Shown: piece after piece, positions 38,472-50,579 of the stretch
Layout: each line of letters opens with the position of its first letter
Numbering within the stretch: the first letter of the stretch is position 1
NCBI RefSeq assembly: GCF_004010195.1
Contig: NC_057758.1
Location: 3,313,881-3,377,880 of the forward strand
From: Chiloscyllium plagiosum
Lineage: Eukaryota
Length of the DNA: 64,000 nt
Direction: 5' to 3'
Made by a program: the position numbers and the translations under genes
The notes under the pieces: generated by a model
Told to the model about the DNA's origin: nothing
The model's database searches: none
What the model saw: the letters and a program-made list of their open reading frames with translations, nothing else

Positions 38472-38507
38472 ATTCCTGAAGAAGGGGTCATGCCCGAAAC
38501 GTCGATT
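38472..38507 (+). ncRNA. Minimal type I hammerhead ribozyme motif, ACGU family
   Basis: ATTC-CTGAAGA-A-GGGGTCATGCCC-GAAAC-GTC-GATT: complete core, predicted GUC cleavage triplet, short helix I with one mismatch. Confidence 0.65.
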
Positions 38508-39230
38508 CTCCTGCTCCTTGGATGCTGCCTGACCTGCTGCGCTTTTCCAGCAACACACTTTCAGCTATCTACATACTGTGTCAGGAAACCCTCCTACACA
38601 CACTGAACAAAAACTGACCCATCTAAAGTACTTGAGGGGTTGCTCCCCCTTCCCCTCAAGGATAACAAAAACACAATAAGAGACATCACGAAGCCTGGCA
38701 CGTGGGAGGCAACACACCAACCATGAGTATTTCTCATTCTCGGAGGAACTCCTATCTGTCCCCTTAACTATGGAGTCTCAATGACTAATGCTCGGCTCCT
38801 CTTCCACCTTCCCTTCTGAGAAACCGGAACAGAATCTGTGCTAGAGACCTGTACATCATGGTTTACCCCTGATCAGTCCCCGCACCACCCCCCTCCCGCC
38901 CAATCGCTGTGGGCCAAGAAGGGAGTGGGATATCATTGCAGACAGAGCAAAGAGACAAGATGGGAAATAGTGGGACAGTTGCAAAACAGCACATGAGAAG
39001 AGAAGGAGAGAAATGGAGAAGAACTGAGAGTAAAGAATGAAGAGATTTTAGCTCGGCAAATGATGCAGGGCAAGGAGAGTTGTATTTCGCATGGGTATTG
39101 ATACAGGGCTATGGTGTGAGAGCGGGACATTGGGATAATTTTGGGAATGATACAGGGACAGGACGGGTAATGAGATTAGCTTGGAGACTGACACAGGAAT
39201 GTGAGAAACAAACAGGATAAACTCACTCAC

Positions 39231-39414
39231 CAGCCTGATCAGTACTCAATAGATTTCTCCTTGCCAACGGACCTAGACTCTGAACTCCATCAAAGTGGTG
39301 GCAACAGTCAGTAAAACACCCACCAGCAGCAGGCCTTCAGAATCGCACTGCACCCTGGTCTTCACGAGGCTCAGGTGGAAAACTTTGCGTTGCTTCAGTA
39401 TCCTGTCTACTTCC
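39231..39414 (-). pseudogene. Candidate exon of an unidentified, probably decayed gene
   Basis: Strong polypyrimidine acceptor (CCCCCCCTCTCTCCCTCGCAG) and CTG|GTGAGT donor around unique sequence; every frame contains stops. Confidence 0.4.
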
Positions 39415-40200
39415 CTGCGAGGGAGAGAGGGGGGAGCCTCAGACACAAATACTGGCACTCACAGAGGGGAAGGTGAGGCAGAGAGGGGGGCAGAAGATGT
39501 GAGGGGGACACAGACAGAAAGACAGACACAGAGACAGAAGAGTGATAGAGATTCTAGATACACAGAGTCAAAGCACGTGTGTGAGGGTGAGACAGAGAGC
39601 ATGCATACGAGAGGGTGATGCAGATGCGCGCGAGAGAGAGAGAGAGGCAGAGACAGAGACAGCCTGAGTCAGGAACAGAGGGGAACTGAACAGGAGCGAG
39701 TACACAGCAAAAAGGGGAGCAGTGCCTTCTAGCGACACAAACTCAGCTTGTCTATCAGGAAAGTGGGCTGGGCAAGAGAGGATGCAGAAGGCTGGAGCTG
39801 TGAAGGGAGCCAGATACTGAGAGAGTGCAGCGGGAGGCATAGTGAAAGAGAGTGTGCCTGACAGGTGAACCACATCCTTATAAATTGCTTTATGTGGGTT
39901 GGGGGAGGTGGGGGGGGGAGGTTTGGTGTTTTCTGGGGTCAACGGAGGGAGGAACGGAGAGAGTGAGACACACAAAGCAAGGGGAATAAATGAACATGGC
40001 AGGTTCACTGGATGAGTAGATGGGGTGGGGGACGGGGTAGAGAATGGCAGGGGTGTCAATGGACAGGGGGTGAGGAGAGGAGGAGATAGGAAATGGCAGG
40101 CTGTGTTAATGGAGGGAACAGGGAAGACGATGGGGAACAGAAGGGCTGTGTCAACATGTGTGGGGACAGGAGCTGGGGAACAGGCCAGTCATCTTTCTAC

Positions 40201-40412
40201 CTTTGCGGGTTTCCTCTCACAAACCGGACGCACACTGTGACCTTCATTTGTGTAGCTGTGGGTGGCGGGGAGGATACAGCAACTTGCAGACAGACTCCAG
40301 TGCAAAGGCGAGCTACAGCTGTGGCTGATCGATGTGGATGACGGAGCGGATCTCAACAGCAAAGGCCCTCTGACAACAACCTCGCGAGCGGTTGCCAAGA
40401 CAACTGGCCAGC
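40201..40412 (-). pseudogene. Candidate exon of the same unidentified gene
   Basis: CTTCTCTCTGCCAG acceptor and AAG|GTAGAA donor; unique GC-rich sequence within pyrimidine-rich (minus strand) flanks. Confidence 0.35.
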
Positions 40413-41059
40413 CTGGCAGAGAGAAGGTTCATCAGACCCGACATGGGGAAGGGAGGGATGGATGAGAACCAAGACAAAAAGGAGAAGGGCGAAACGGCTG
40501 GCACTCTGCCAGGGGCAGGAGGTGAAGGTAAACACCAGCAGAGGGTGGTGAGACAGAAGGGGACTGAATGGGGATGCCAAGATTGAGGAGGGATGGGGCG
40601 TTGCAAGCCTTGAGGGAGACTGGACAGGTGGGGTTGGAGGAGGGGGTAAGGGAGGATAGGAGGGTAGAGGAGAGGAGGGTAGGGGAAAAGGAGGGAGGGG
40701 CTTGGGCAGTACTTGTAGGACTAAGAAAGAATTTATAGGGCAATGTATACCAGGGTGCAGTATACATGGGGAAGGCGAGTACGTTGGTGCGGTCAGTGAT
40801 CCCGCGACATTTGACTCAGGGCCAGTGGTCACAGCGAGGGCAGTCAATCAACTCGACCTCATGGTCACTGCTGAGCTCCAACCACAGACAGGGTGACACC
40901 AACAACAGGGTCAACACCAACAAGAACAGAGTGCAACGCGACCTCCATCAGATGGGCTAGTCGGCCGAGTGTGAGATGAAGTTTAACTTAAAACGATTAC
41001 GAGGTGCTACATTTTCTTACGACAAACATAGACAAGGCATGCAGAGTAAACGGTAGGGT

Positions 41060-41380
41060 AGTACAGTCCCTGCAGTGTGGAAACAGGCCCTTCGGCCCAA
41101 CAAGTCCACACACCAACCCTCCAAAGAGTAACCGACCCAGAACTATTCCCCTACCCTATTATCCTACATTTACCCCGACTAAAGCACCTAACGTACACTT
41201 CCCTGAAGGCTGTGGGAAATTTAGCCTGGCCAATTCACCCTAACCAGCACATCCGTGGACTGTGGGAGGAAAAAGGAAACCCACGCAGACACTGGGAGAA
41301 TGTGCAAACTCCACACAGACAGTTCCCTCGAGGCTGGAATCGAACCCGGGTCCCTGGCACTGCAAGGCAGCAGTGCCACC
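41060..41380 (-). mobile_element. HE1-like V-SINE within a CR1 fragment
   Basis: Reverse-complement SINE body and B box. Confidence 0.8.
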
Positions 41381-41569
41381 AACTTTTAAGCTGACTGCAC
41401 CTGGTATTCCCAGGCAGTCTTCCACCCAAGTAATGTTTCAGGAAAGATTTGCAAACATGTGGCTGCGGTTGGAGGGTTTGAGCTACAGAGGGAGGGGCTG
41501 AACAGGCAGAGGCTGTTTTCCCTGGAGCATTGAAGACTGAGGGGTGACCTTATAGAGTTTTATAATATC

Positions 41570-41878
41570 AGATTAGATTAGATTACACAGTGTGGAAAGA
41601 GGCCCTTCGGCCCAACAAGTCCACAACGACCCTCCGAAGCGCAACCCACCCAGACCCATTCCCCTACATTTACCCCTGCACCTAACACTGTGGGCAATTT
41701 AGCGTGGCCAATTCACCCAACCTGCACACCTTTGGACTGTGGGAGGAAACCGGAGCACCCGGAGGAAACCCACGCAGACACGGGGAGAACGTGCAAACTC
41801 CACACAGACAGTCGCCTGAGGCGGGAATTGAACCCGGGTCTCGGGCGCTGAGGCAGCAGTGCTAGCCACTGTACCACC
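41570..41878 (-). mobile_element. HE1-like V-SINE
   Basis: Reverse-complement SINE with (AGATT)n tail. Confidence 0.9.
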
Positions 41879-42539
41879 TGGGAGGGGCGTGGATCGTATA
41901 AATAGACAAAGTCTTTTTCCTGGGTGGGGATGTCCAGAATTAGAGAGGGCAGTTTACAATGAGGGGGGAAAAATCTCAAGGGGACCATTTGTGCGTCATG
42001 CCCAATCCGATTGGCCATCTCAGTTTCTCCATCAACATGTGCAACGCCACCACCGCCTGCCTGATTGTGACGGTGTAGGTGCAGTAATAGACCAACCTAT
42101 CCAAATCTTATATCCGGTTGGCCCACCCCCGTGTCAGTCAACCATATTGACCCGCTTTGCTATTGGTCTCTGTATCCTTCCATCAGCGTTCCCCGCCCAT
42201 CCCATTCATTCAATCGCTGGCTCTCATGTCAATCAAAAATGTGCATCAACTACCCGATGAATGGGCACCACTGTGAAAGCTAGTGCTTCCAAATAAACCT
42301 TTGGACTGTAACCTGGTCTTGTGTAGTTTTTGAACTTTGTCCATTACAAAGTTATGCCCCGCCCCCATTTCCAAATTGCACCGCTACAGTATCCATCTGC
42401 AATGCTGCAATTGTACAAAACTCTGGTGCAGCCACATTTGGTGTATTGCATACAGTTCTGGTCACCACACTATAAGGATGTGGAAGCTTTGGAAAGAGTT
42501 CAGAGCAGATTTACTGGGATGTTGCCTGATATGAAGGGG

Positions 42540-42744
42540 AGCTGAAAATGTGTTGCTGGAAAAACGCAGCAGGTCAGGCAGCATCCAAGGAACAGGAGAA
42601 TCGACGTTTTGGGCATAAGCCCTTCTTCAGGCTTATGCCCGAAACGTCGATTCTCCTGTTCCTTGGATGCTGCCTGACCTGCTGCGCTTTTCCAGCAACA
42701 CATTTTTAGCTCTGATCTCCAGCATCTTCAGTCCTCACTTTCTC
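42540..42744. mobile_element. Fold-back PLE derivative inserted in a CR1 fragment, with ~16-19 bp TSD
   Basis: Near-perfect arms 42540-42621 and 42630-42711; CCTGATATGAAGGGGAGCT at 42525-42543 and 42744-42762. Confidence 0.85.
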
Positions 42745-42994
42745 CTGATATGAAGGGGAGCTCTCATGAGGAAAGGCTGAGGGACTTGAGGCTGTTTTCA
42801 TTAAAAAGAAGGTTAAGACACTACTTAATTGAGACAAATAAGATAATCAGAGCCTTAGCTAGGGTGGACTATGAGAGCCTTTTTTCCACAGATGGTGATG
42901 GCTGGCACGAAGGAATATAGCTTTAAATTTTGGGATGATAGATATAGGACAGGTTTCAGAGGTCATTTCTTTACTCAGAGTGGTAAGGGCATGG

Positions 42995-43316
42995 ATTAGA
43001 TTACATACAGTATGGAAACGGCCCCTTCGGCGCAACAAGTCCACACCAACTCTCCGAAGAGTAACCCACCCAGACCCATTTCCCTCTGACTCATGCACCT
43101 AACCTACACAGCCCTGAACACTACGGGTATTTTAGCACAGCCAATTCACCTTTCCTGCACATCTTTGGACGGTGGGAGAAAACCGGAGTATCCAGCGGAA
43201 GCCCACACAGACACGGGGAGAATGTGCAAACTCCATACAGATAGACGCCCGGGGCTGGAATCGAACCTGGGTCCCTGGTGCTGTGAGGCAACAGTGCTAA
43301 CCACTGAGCCACCGTG
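42995..43316 (-). mobile_element. HE1-like V-SINE in a CR1 3' end (~42400-43510, +)
   Basis: Reverse-complement SINE motifs. Confidence 0.85.
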
Positions 43317-43544
43317 CAACCCCATGCTGTGGAACATACTGCCTGCAACTGTGGTGGATTTGCTCACTTTAAGGGCATTTAAATGTTCATTGGATAAGTA
43401 TATGGATGAAAATGGAATTGTGTAAATTAGATGGGCTTCAGATTGGTTCCTAAGATTGGCGCAACATCGAGGGCTGAAGGGCTTGTACTCCACTGTAATG
43501 TTCTGCGTTCATCACCTCAACTCTTTTTCCGACTGGTTTTCACT

Positions 43545-43855
43545 ACGGAGAAAGTAAGGACTGCAGACACTGGAGATTAGTGTCAAGAAGTGTGGTGCTG
43601 GAAAATCACAGCCAGTCATAGGTCAGAGCAGAGGGTGGAGTAGATAGGTGGGAAGAAAGATGGACAGGTAGGACAGTTCAAGAGAATGGTGCCGAGTTGG
43701 AGGGATGAATCTGGGATAACGTGGGGGGAGCAGAGGTGAGGAAACTGGTGAAATCAACATTGATCCCATCTGGTTGGAGGGTCCCAAGGCAGAAGATGAG
43801 GCTTTCTTTCTCCAGGCTTCGGGTTGCTAGAATCAGGCGGTGGAGGAGGCCCATG
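43545..43855 (-). mobile_element. PLE 3' fragment (GIY-YIG C-terminus)
   Basis: RSLEKESLIFCLGTLQPDGINVDF matches the PLE endonuclease C-terminal motif; followed by the same tail as the ACGU family. Confidence 0.75.
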
Positions 43856-44624
43856 TCCCCATTGTGGTGTCCTGTCCATTTATGTTTCTCTGAAAGGCTG
43901 GATAGACCACCGCCTGTTGACCCAGCTGCCTCAACCAACACCACTGTTCCAAAGTGTTGCATTGGCGAGTCTACACTATTCCCGTCTCCCTATCTTCATT
44001 CCGATTGGAAGAGACACATTGGCTCTGAACGAGGAGTGGGGCACTCGGCTATTGAGTGATCCACCTGTCACTCACCACCTTTGCAATCTCCCAATGGTGA
44101 TCCTGCCCGTCCACCAGGGAGAATGCAGTGGATTGGCGCCAAAGTCACTTTCAATCACTTGCCCACCCTGCCCTGAGCTCATTTCATTGGATGTCCTGTT
44201 CACTGACCACTATTGCCCTTGGCCAAATGTCTGAGCAGTCGGACCTCAGTCATCATGCCTCTTCACCTCACCACTAACTTGTTGTAATCCCACTCACAGT
44301 TGAGCAATGCTAAAAATCACACAATATGAGGTTACAGTCAAACAGGTTTGTTTGGAAGTGCAAGCCGAAAGTTAGTGTGATTTTTCACTTTGTCCACCCC
44401 AGTCGAACACAGCACCTCCTCATCATCACAGTTGGGCAGCCGCCCTCCCCTGCATCACTGGTCCATTACACTTTCAGTGCCTACCCTCTCCTCGCTCTTC
44501 ATTGACGCATCACCCTGCAAGACCCTTTTCATCTTTCTCCGCATTAGACAGGCACTGGGAGTCTGAATTGAATATCGGGTTTATGCTTTCTCTCTCACCA
44601 GCCCCATCTCACTCCACATTTTCA

Positions 44625-45600
44625 CAGTCATACAGATGTCCAGCACAGAAACTGACCCTTCGGTCTAACTCGTCCATGCCAACTAGATATCCTCAATTAA
44701 TCTTGCCCCGTTGCCAGCACTTGGCCCATATACTTCTAAACCCTTCCTATTCATATACCTACCCAGATGCCTTCCAAATGCTGTAATTGTACCAGCCACC
44801 ACCACTTCCTCCGGCAGCTCATTCCATACATACACCACCCTCTGCATGAGAAGTTGCCACTTGGGTCCCTTTGAAATCTTTCCCCTCACACCCTAAACCT
44901 ATGCCCTCTAGTTTTCGACTCGCCTAACCCAGGGAAAAGACCTTGTCCATTTAGCCTATCCATGCCCCTCGTGATTTTATAACTGCCCTTCAGCCTCCGA
45001 TGGTCCAGGGAAAACAGCCCTAATCAAATCAGCCTCTCCCTATAGCTCAAATCCTCCAACCCTGGCAACATCCTTGTAAATCTCTTCTGGACCTTTTCAG
45101 AATTAATAAGATACTTCCTATGGGTGGCACGGTAGCACAGTGGTTAGCACTGCTGCCTCACAGCACCAGAGGCCTGGGTTCAACTCCCACCTCAGGCAAC
45201 TGACTGTGTGGAGTTTGCACATTCTCCCAGTGTCTGCGTGGGTTTGCTCCAGGTGCTCTGGTTTCCTCCCACAGTCCAAAAATGTGCAGGTTAGGTGAAC
45301 TGGCCATGCTAAATTGCTTGTACTGTTAGGTGAAGGGGTAAATGTAGAGGAATGGGTCTGGGTGGGTTGCTATTCGGAGGGTCAGTGTGGACTTGTTGGG
45401 CCAAAGGGCCTGTTTCCACACTGTAAGTAATCTAATTTTGAGAGAGACCAGAATTGCACAGTATTCCAAAAGTGGCCTAAACTATGTCCTGTATAGCCGC
45501 AACCTGACCTTCCAACTCCTGTAGTCAATGCTACAGGAAAGCATACCAAATGCCTTCTTCATTGTCCTATCTACCCGAAACTGCACTTTGAAAGGACTAT
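44625..45600 (-). mobile_element. HER1/CR1 3' fragment with nested HE1-like SINE (45122-45436, +)
   Basis: QRVVYVWNELPEEVV motif; SINE A/B boxes. Confidence 0.85.
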
Positions 45601-46689
45601 GATCCAAATTTTGCATTCATCAGGACAATTTGCAAGAATAGCAATTTACTGGGATACCAAGATTTATTCTGCAGGAGAGGCGGGTTCTTGTGTTCGCAAA
45701 GCAGACACGGAGACTCGGACATTGCAGCACTTCAAGGAGCTCACTGACACACCACCACACTTCAGGGGCAATTAGAGGTAGGTATCCAATGCTGACCTCA
45801 CCAGTGACACTCCCATTCAAACATTTTCAAAAATCTCTCTTCTGACATACACTCTGTGTCAAAGAAAAACAAATTAATTGCACTATGCCCTTTGAATGTG
45901 TGTGTCATCTGGTCTCACTCTCCATGGTGATTCCCACTGACTGACCCTGGTCGCCTTTGTCCCCAGGTAACAAACATCTTGCAATATTTGCCGTGACAGT
46001 CAATATTTAAAAATAAATTCAAACTATCAGCAAAACGTTGAAAACGCGTAACATCATATTTCACATAGTTAAGCAAAAACAAACTTTACTGGGCACAGGA
46101 AAAATTTAACAATGAAGCATCCTAACTTAACACTATCATGAATAATTATCACACAACACCAGATTATTGTCTAACGGGTTGATTTAGAAGCACTAGCTTT
46201 CGGAGCACCACTCCTTCACAACCACCCCAGTCCAACACCAGCACCTCTCAGTCATGAATATTTATGTAATGTTTTGAGTTCAGGTGTAAATTTACACCAG
46301 AAGGTTTGCCTTATCTCATAAAATCTTGAATGTTCATTCACTTTCTTTCGGGATTAACGCAAAAATATGCCACAGCCCACTAGAATTTACTTTGATTTCT
46401 CACCAGTTTCTCATTCTGACACCTAAGATTTCCAGAGCTCTTTCTCTCTGCAAACGTTCCACTGACTGTGTTGTCAGTGCCGACTGGATAAAACCAGCTT
46501 TTTTTTCCTGTCAAAACACCTTCAACTCTTTTATTTTTAGTTAAAATATTCATAGATGAGCATCTGAATAATGCGACCAATGTTCACAGGAATGGTTTGT
46601 TGAGTGTGGCCAGTCCAGCAAGAACAAACACTCAGGCTCCCACTTCACCCCCTGTCAGAATGAAAATGAATGTTGATGAACAGCAGAAC

Positions 46690-47305
46690 TGCCTTTAATG
46701 GTCAGTGCATTAAGTGTAGGAGTTGGGAGGTCAGTTGTGGCTTTACTGGACAATGGTTAGGCCACTTTTGGAATACTGCATTCAATTCTCATCTCCCTGC
46801 TATAGAAAATGTGTTGTGAAACCTGAAAAGGTTCAGAAAAGATTTTCAAGGATGTTGCGAGGGTTGGAGGGTTTCAGCCATACGGAGAGGCTGAATAAGC
46901 AAGAGCTATTTTCCCTGCATCCTTGGGAGGCTGAGCCAAAACTTATAGAGATTTATAAAATCGTGAGGGTCATGAACCAGGTGAATAGTCAAGGTCATTT
47001 CCACAGGATAGCATAGTCCAAAACTAGAGGGCATTGGTTGAAAGGGGAAAGATTTAAAAGGAACCTAAGGGGCAACATTTTCATGCAGAGGATGATGCAT
47101 GTATGGAACGAGCCGCCAGAGGAAGTGGTGGAGGCTGGTACAATTACAACATTTAAAAGGCTTCCGGGTAGGTGTACTAATAGGAAGGATTTAGAGGGAT
47201 ATGGGCCAAGTGCTGGGAAATGGGACGAGATTAGTTTAGGATGTCTGGTCAGCATGGTCAATTTGGATCAAAAGATCTGCTTCCATGCTGTACAGCTCTG
47301 TGACT
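46690..47305 (+). mobile_element. HER1/CR1 3' fragment
   Basis: LEYCIQFSSPCY...LIEIYKIV...WNEPPEEVVEAG. Confidence 0.85.
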
Positions 47306-47334
47306 CGAAAACATGGCAACATGCTCCTTATGGC

Positions 47335-49230
47335 CTCACTGGTGTCTCCGCAGGCTGGATAATCGAGTGTATGCTTTTCTGCACTCAGAGCTTCTCCTCG
47401 GTGTGACCTCACTGGAGGTCCTGCAGGCTGGATAATGGAGGGAATCCCTTCCCAATCCAAGAGCAGGTGAGTGGCTTCTCCCCGGGGTAAACTCGCTAGT
47501 GTCCCTGCAGGCTGGATCCTTACCCGAGAGCAGGGGAATGGCCTCTCCCCAGTGTGACCTTGCTGGTGTCACTGCAGGTTGAATAACTGTAAATCCCTTC
47601 CGGCACTGCCAGCAGGTGTATGGCTTCTCCCCGATGTGAATCCATTAATGGTGCATCAGTTTGGATTAATCTGTGAACCGCTTCCCACACTGAGGGCAGG
47701 TGAACGGCCACTCCCCGATGTGAATCAGTCAGGGATGCAGCTGGTGGCATGAAGCAGTGAATTCCTTCCCACACGGAGTTACAAATCGCACAACACCACG
47801 TTATAATCCGACAAGTTGAGTTGGAAGCACTAGCTTTCGGAGTGCCCTTACATACTCACACCCCTACACGCTCATACAGACCCTCTCTCATACACACGTT
47901 CTCTCTCTCATATACACACAATTACACCCCTACTCACAGGCTTATACTCCTCCTCTCTCTCTCTCTCTCTCTCACACACACTCACACTGTCTCTCTCTCT
48001 CCTGCGTGCGCACACACAAGTCTATAGGGGCGAATTTGTATTTGCAGAATTATACTTGCAAATACATTCTATTTTGTTCAAGAAATGCACAACCTGCAGG
48101 CAGTTAATCCGCGTTATATTTTATAAATTCCACTTTGGAAATGAAGCCAGTCTGACTCAAGATTGGGATACAGACTGTAATTTCACACCTTTAATGCATT
48201 GTCTGAGCTGAGATGTGTTTTTTTATATAAAACCTTAAGTTATCTTGAGAATGTGACTTCAAAGAAGTTCTGGCATTGACATGTTAATGGTCTGAAACCT
48301 GCAAACCTTTCTAAAAGATGAAAGATGTGACAACAGTAGAGGTGTATTTAATATATCACTTCAGTTGCATGATACTGTAATCTTGTGCTACACATTGTGT
48401 GTCCTATGGTCCTGCTCCACAACCACCTGATGAAGCAGTGTTTTGAAAGCTCGTGCGTCCAGACAAACCCATTGGACTATAACCTGGTGTCATGTGACTT
48501 TTAACTTGGTCCACCCCAGTCCAACACTGGCTCCTACACAGACAGGAAGTAAATGGCTTCTACCCAGTATGAATTCAATGGTGAATGAGCAAGGCGGACA
48601 ACTGAGTAAATTATTTCCCACATTCACAGCAAGTGAACAATCACTCCCTCGGATGAACTCTGAAGCTCTCAGCAGCTTGGCTGAATGGGGGAATCCCTCC
48701 CATGGTCAGAGCCAGGGAACACCGTCTTCTGGGTGTGAACTCCCTTGTGTTTCAGCAGGGTGGATTTGTCAGTGAATCACTTCTCACTTGGTGGGTGGGG
48801 GCGGCACAGTAGCACTGCTGCCTCACAGCCAGGGACCCGAGTTCAATTCCAGCCTCGGGCGACTGTCTGTGTGGAGTTTGCACGTTATCCCAGTGTGCGC
48901 GTGGATTTCCTCCGGGTGTTCCAGTTTCCTCCCACAGTCCAAAGGTGTGCAGGTTAGGGTGAATTGGTCAGGCTAAATTACTGGTAATGTTAGGCGCATT
49001 AGTCAGGGGTACATGGGTCTGGGTGGGTTACTCTTTGGTGTGTCAGTGTGGACTTGATGGGCTGAAAAGGCCTGTTTCCACACTGTAGGGCATGTAATCA
49101 CTCTCAGAACACATGAATGGCCTCATGTATTTGCGAGCATGCATCTCAAGTGCAGATGGGGAAGGGAATCCCTCCCTACAGTGCCCACATTTCTGGAATT
49201 TACTCATGCTGAGAGTGTACTCATTGGTGG
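47335..49230 (-). pseudogene. C2H2 zinc-finger gene remnant, interrupted by a PLE derivative (47779-48535) and a SINE (48790-49098)
   Basis: Minus strand reads [96 protein letters not shown] and HTGERPFPC, with stops and frameshifts. Confidence 0.85.
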
Positions 49231-49298
49231 ACCTGGAAAGTCAATCAGTTGAGGCATCTGCTGTGAATCTGCAATTTCTTTTCAGGCTGTTTAACTAG

Positions 49299-50579
49299 TG
49301 TTGTGAAGTTGAAAGCATATACAGTCCCTTTAAGAGAGAGGGTGTTTTTTCTGAGAGTTACGATGTGGTGCTGCTAAAAGCTCAGAAAAGCTCACCTCGC
49401 CTCGAAATCGGTTAAAGTATGAGTGACAGAGAACTACCCAAATTCCACTACTTAAAGAAAAGAAAACAATTTCATTCTTTAACTCTAAAATGAACATTAA
49501 CCAACAACTATTTACTACTCCCAGCCTCCTTTCCCTTAAAGATTTGTTATCTACCTCCCATTCTATAACAATCTACTGATTGGATAAAGCCCCTGTTAAA
49601 TGTGCAGCAATGTAACGTTTTCAAAACCAGACAGCAGCTGTCATCTCCGGTGTTGATCTTCCTCTGTTTGTAGGTCTCCCCGTGTTAATTCAGTCTTTGG
49701 CTGCAAAGGTGTTTCATACGGAAAAGATATGTTTGACAGAGCGTGTTTTCAGGCAGTCTGTAGGACAATGATGGGTGGTGCTCCATCGCTGGCTAACTGT
49801 CCAAAATGCTTGCTTTTCATACCCCAAACATCGGATCGTCTCATTGGTTCAATGTTGTCAAAACATTAAAATTCAAGTTTGATTGGGTTTTAGCCTCTTG
49901 TGGCACAATGTGAACTGATTGGCTAAGTTCGAACTGCTGTGGAAACAACTGGTATCTAGGTTGCAGCCAAAATATTATATCTTTCAAGGTTCCAGTCACA
50001 CGACAGGTGTTTGCCAGCTTTCACTCTCTCATAAAGGTACAGTGGAAAGATGTTGCGAAACTTGAAAGGGTTCAGAAAAGATTTACAAGGATGTTGCCAG
50101 GGTTGGAGGATTTGAGCTACATGGAGTGGCTGAACAGGCTGGGGCTGTCTTCCCTGGAGTGTCAGAGGCTGAGGGGTGACCTTATAGAGGTTTACAAAAT
50201 CATGAGGGGCATGGATAGGATAAATAGACAAGGCCTTTTCCCCGGGGTGGGGAAGTCCAGAACTAGAGGGCATAGGTTTAGGGTGAGAGGAGAAAGATAT
50301 AAAAGAGACCTAAGGGGCAACTTTTTCACACAGCAGGTGGTACATGTATGGAATGAGCTGCCAAATGAAGTGGTGGAGGATGGTACAATTACAACATTTC
50401 AGAGGCATTTGGATGGGTATATGAATAGAAGGGTTTGGAGGGATATGGGCCGGATGCTGGCAGGTGGGACTAGATTGGGTTGGGATATCTGGTCGGCATG
50501 GATGAGTTGGACCAAAGGGTCTGTTTCCATGCTGTAAATCTCTATGACGATGACTCTACACGCCTTCAACTTCATAACA
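49299..50579. mobile_element. Non-coding element with TG...CA ends and ~42-bp imperfect inverted termini; right terminus split by a CR1 insertion (~50041-50555)
   Basis: Left TGTTGTGAAGTTGAAAGCATATACAGTCCCTTTAAGAGAGAG versus reconstructed right reverse complement TGTTATGAAGTTGAAGGCGTGT|ACTGTACCTTTATGAGAGAG. Confidence 0.65.

Larger units (their letters stand above)
37577..38564 (+). mobile_element. 5'-truncated PLE spanning a gap, with 12-bp TSD
   Basis: DYTSSHPAPCKNAIPYSQFLRLCRICS (PLE thumb region); CTATCTACATAC at 37565-37576 and 38565-38576. Confidence 0.85.

Noticed and set aside
37542..38532. Long ORFs of 150-300 aa across N runs (also at 54.0-54.9 kb and 56.9-57.7 kb)
   Set aside because: Artefacts of assembly gaps.
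45624..45777. AG/GT-bounded plus-strand block
   Set aside because: Stops in all three frames and no partner exons or recognisable homology.
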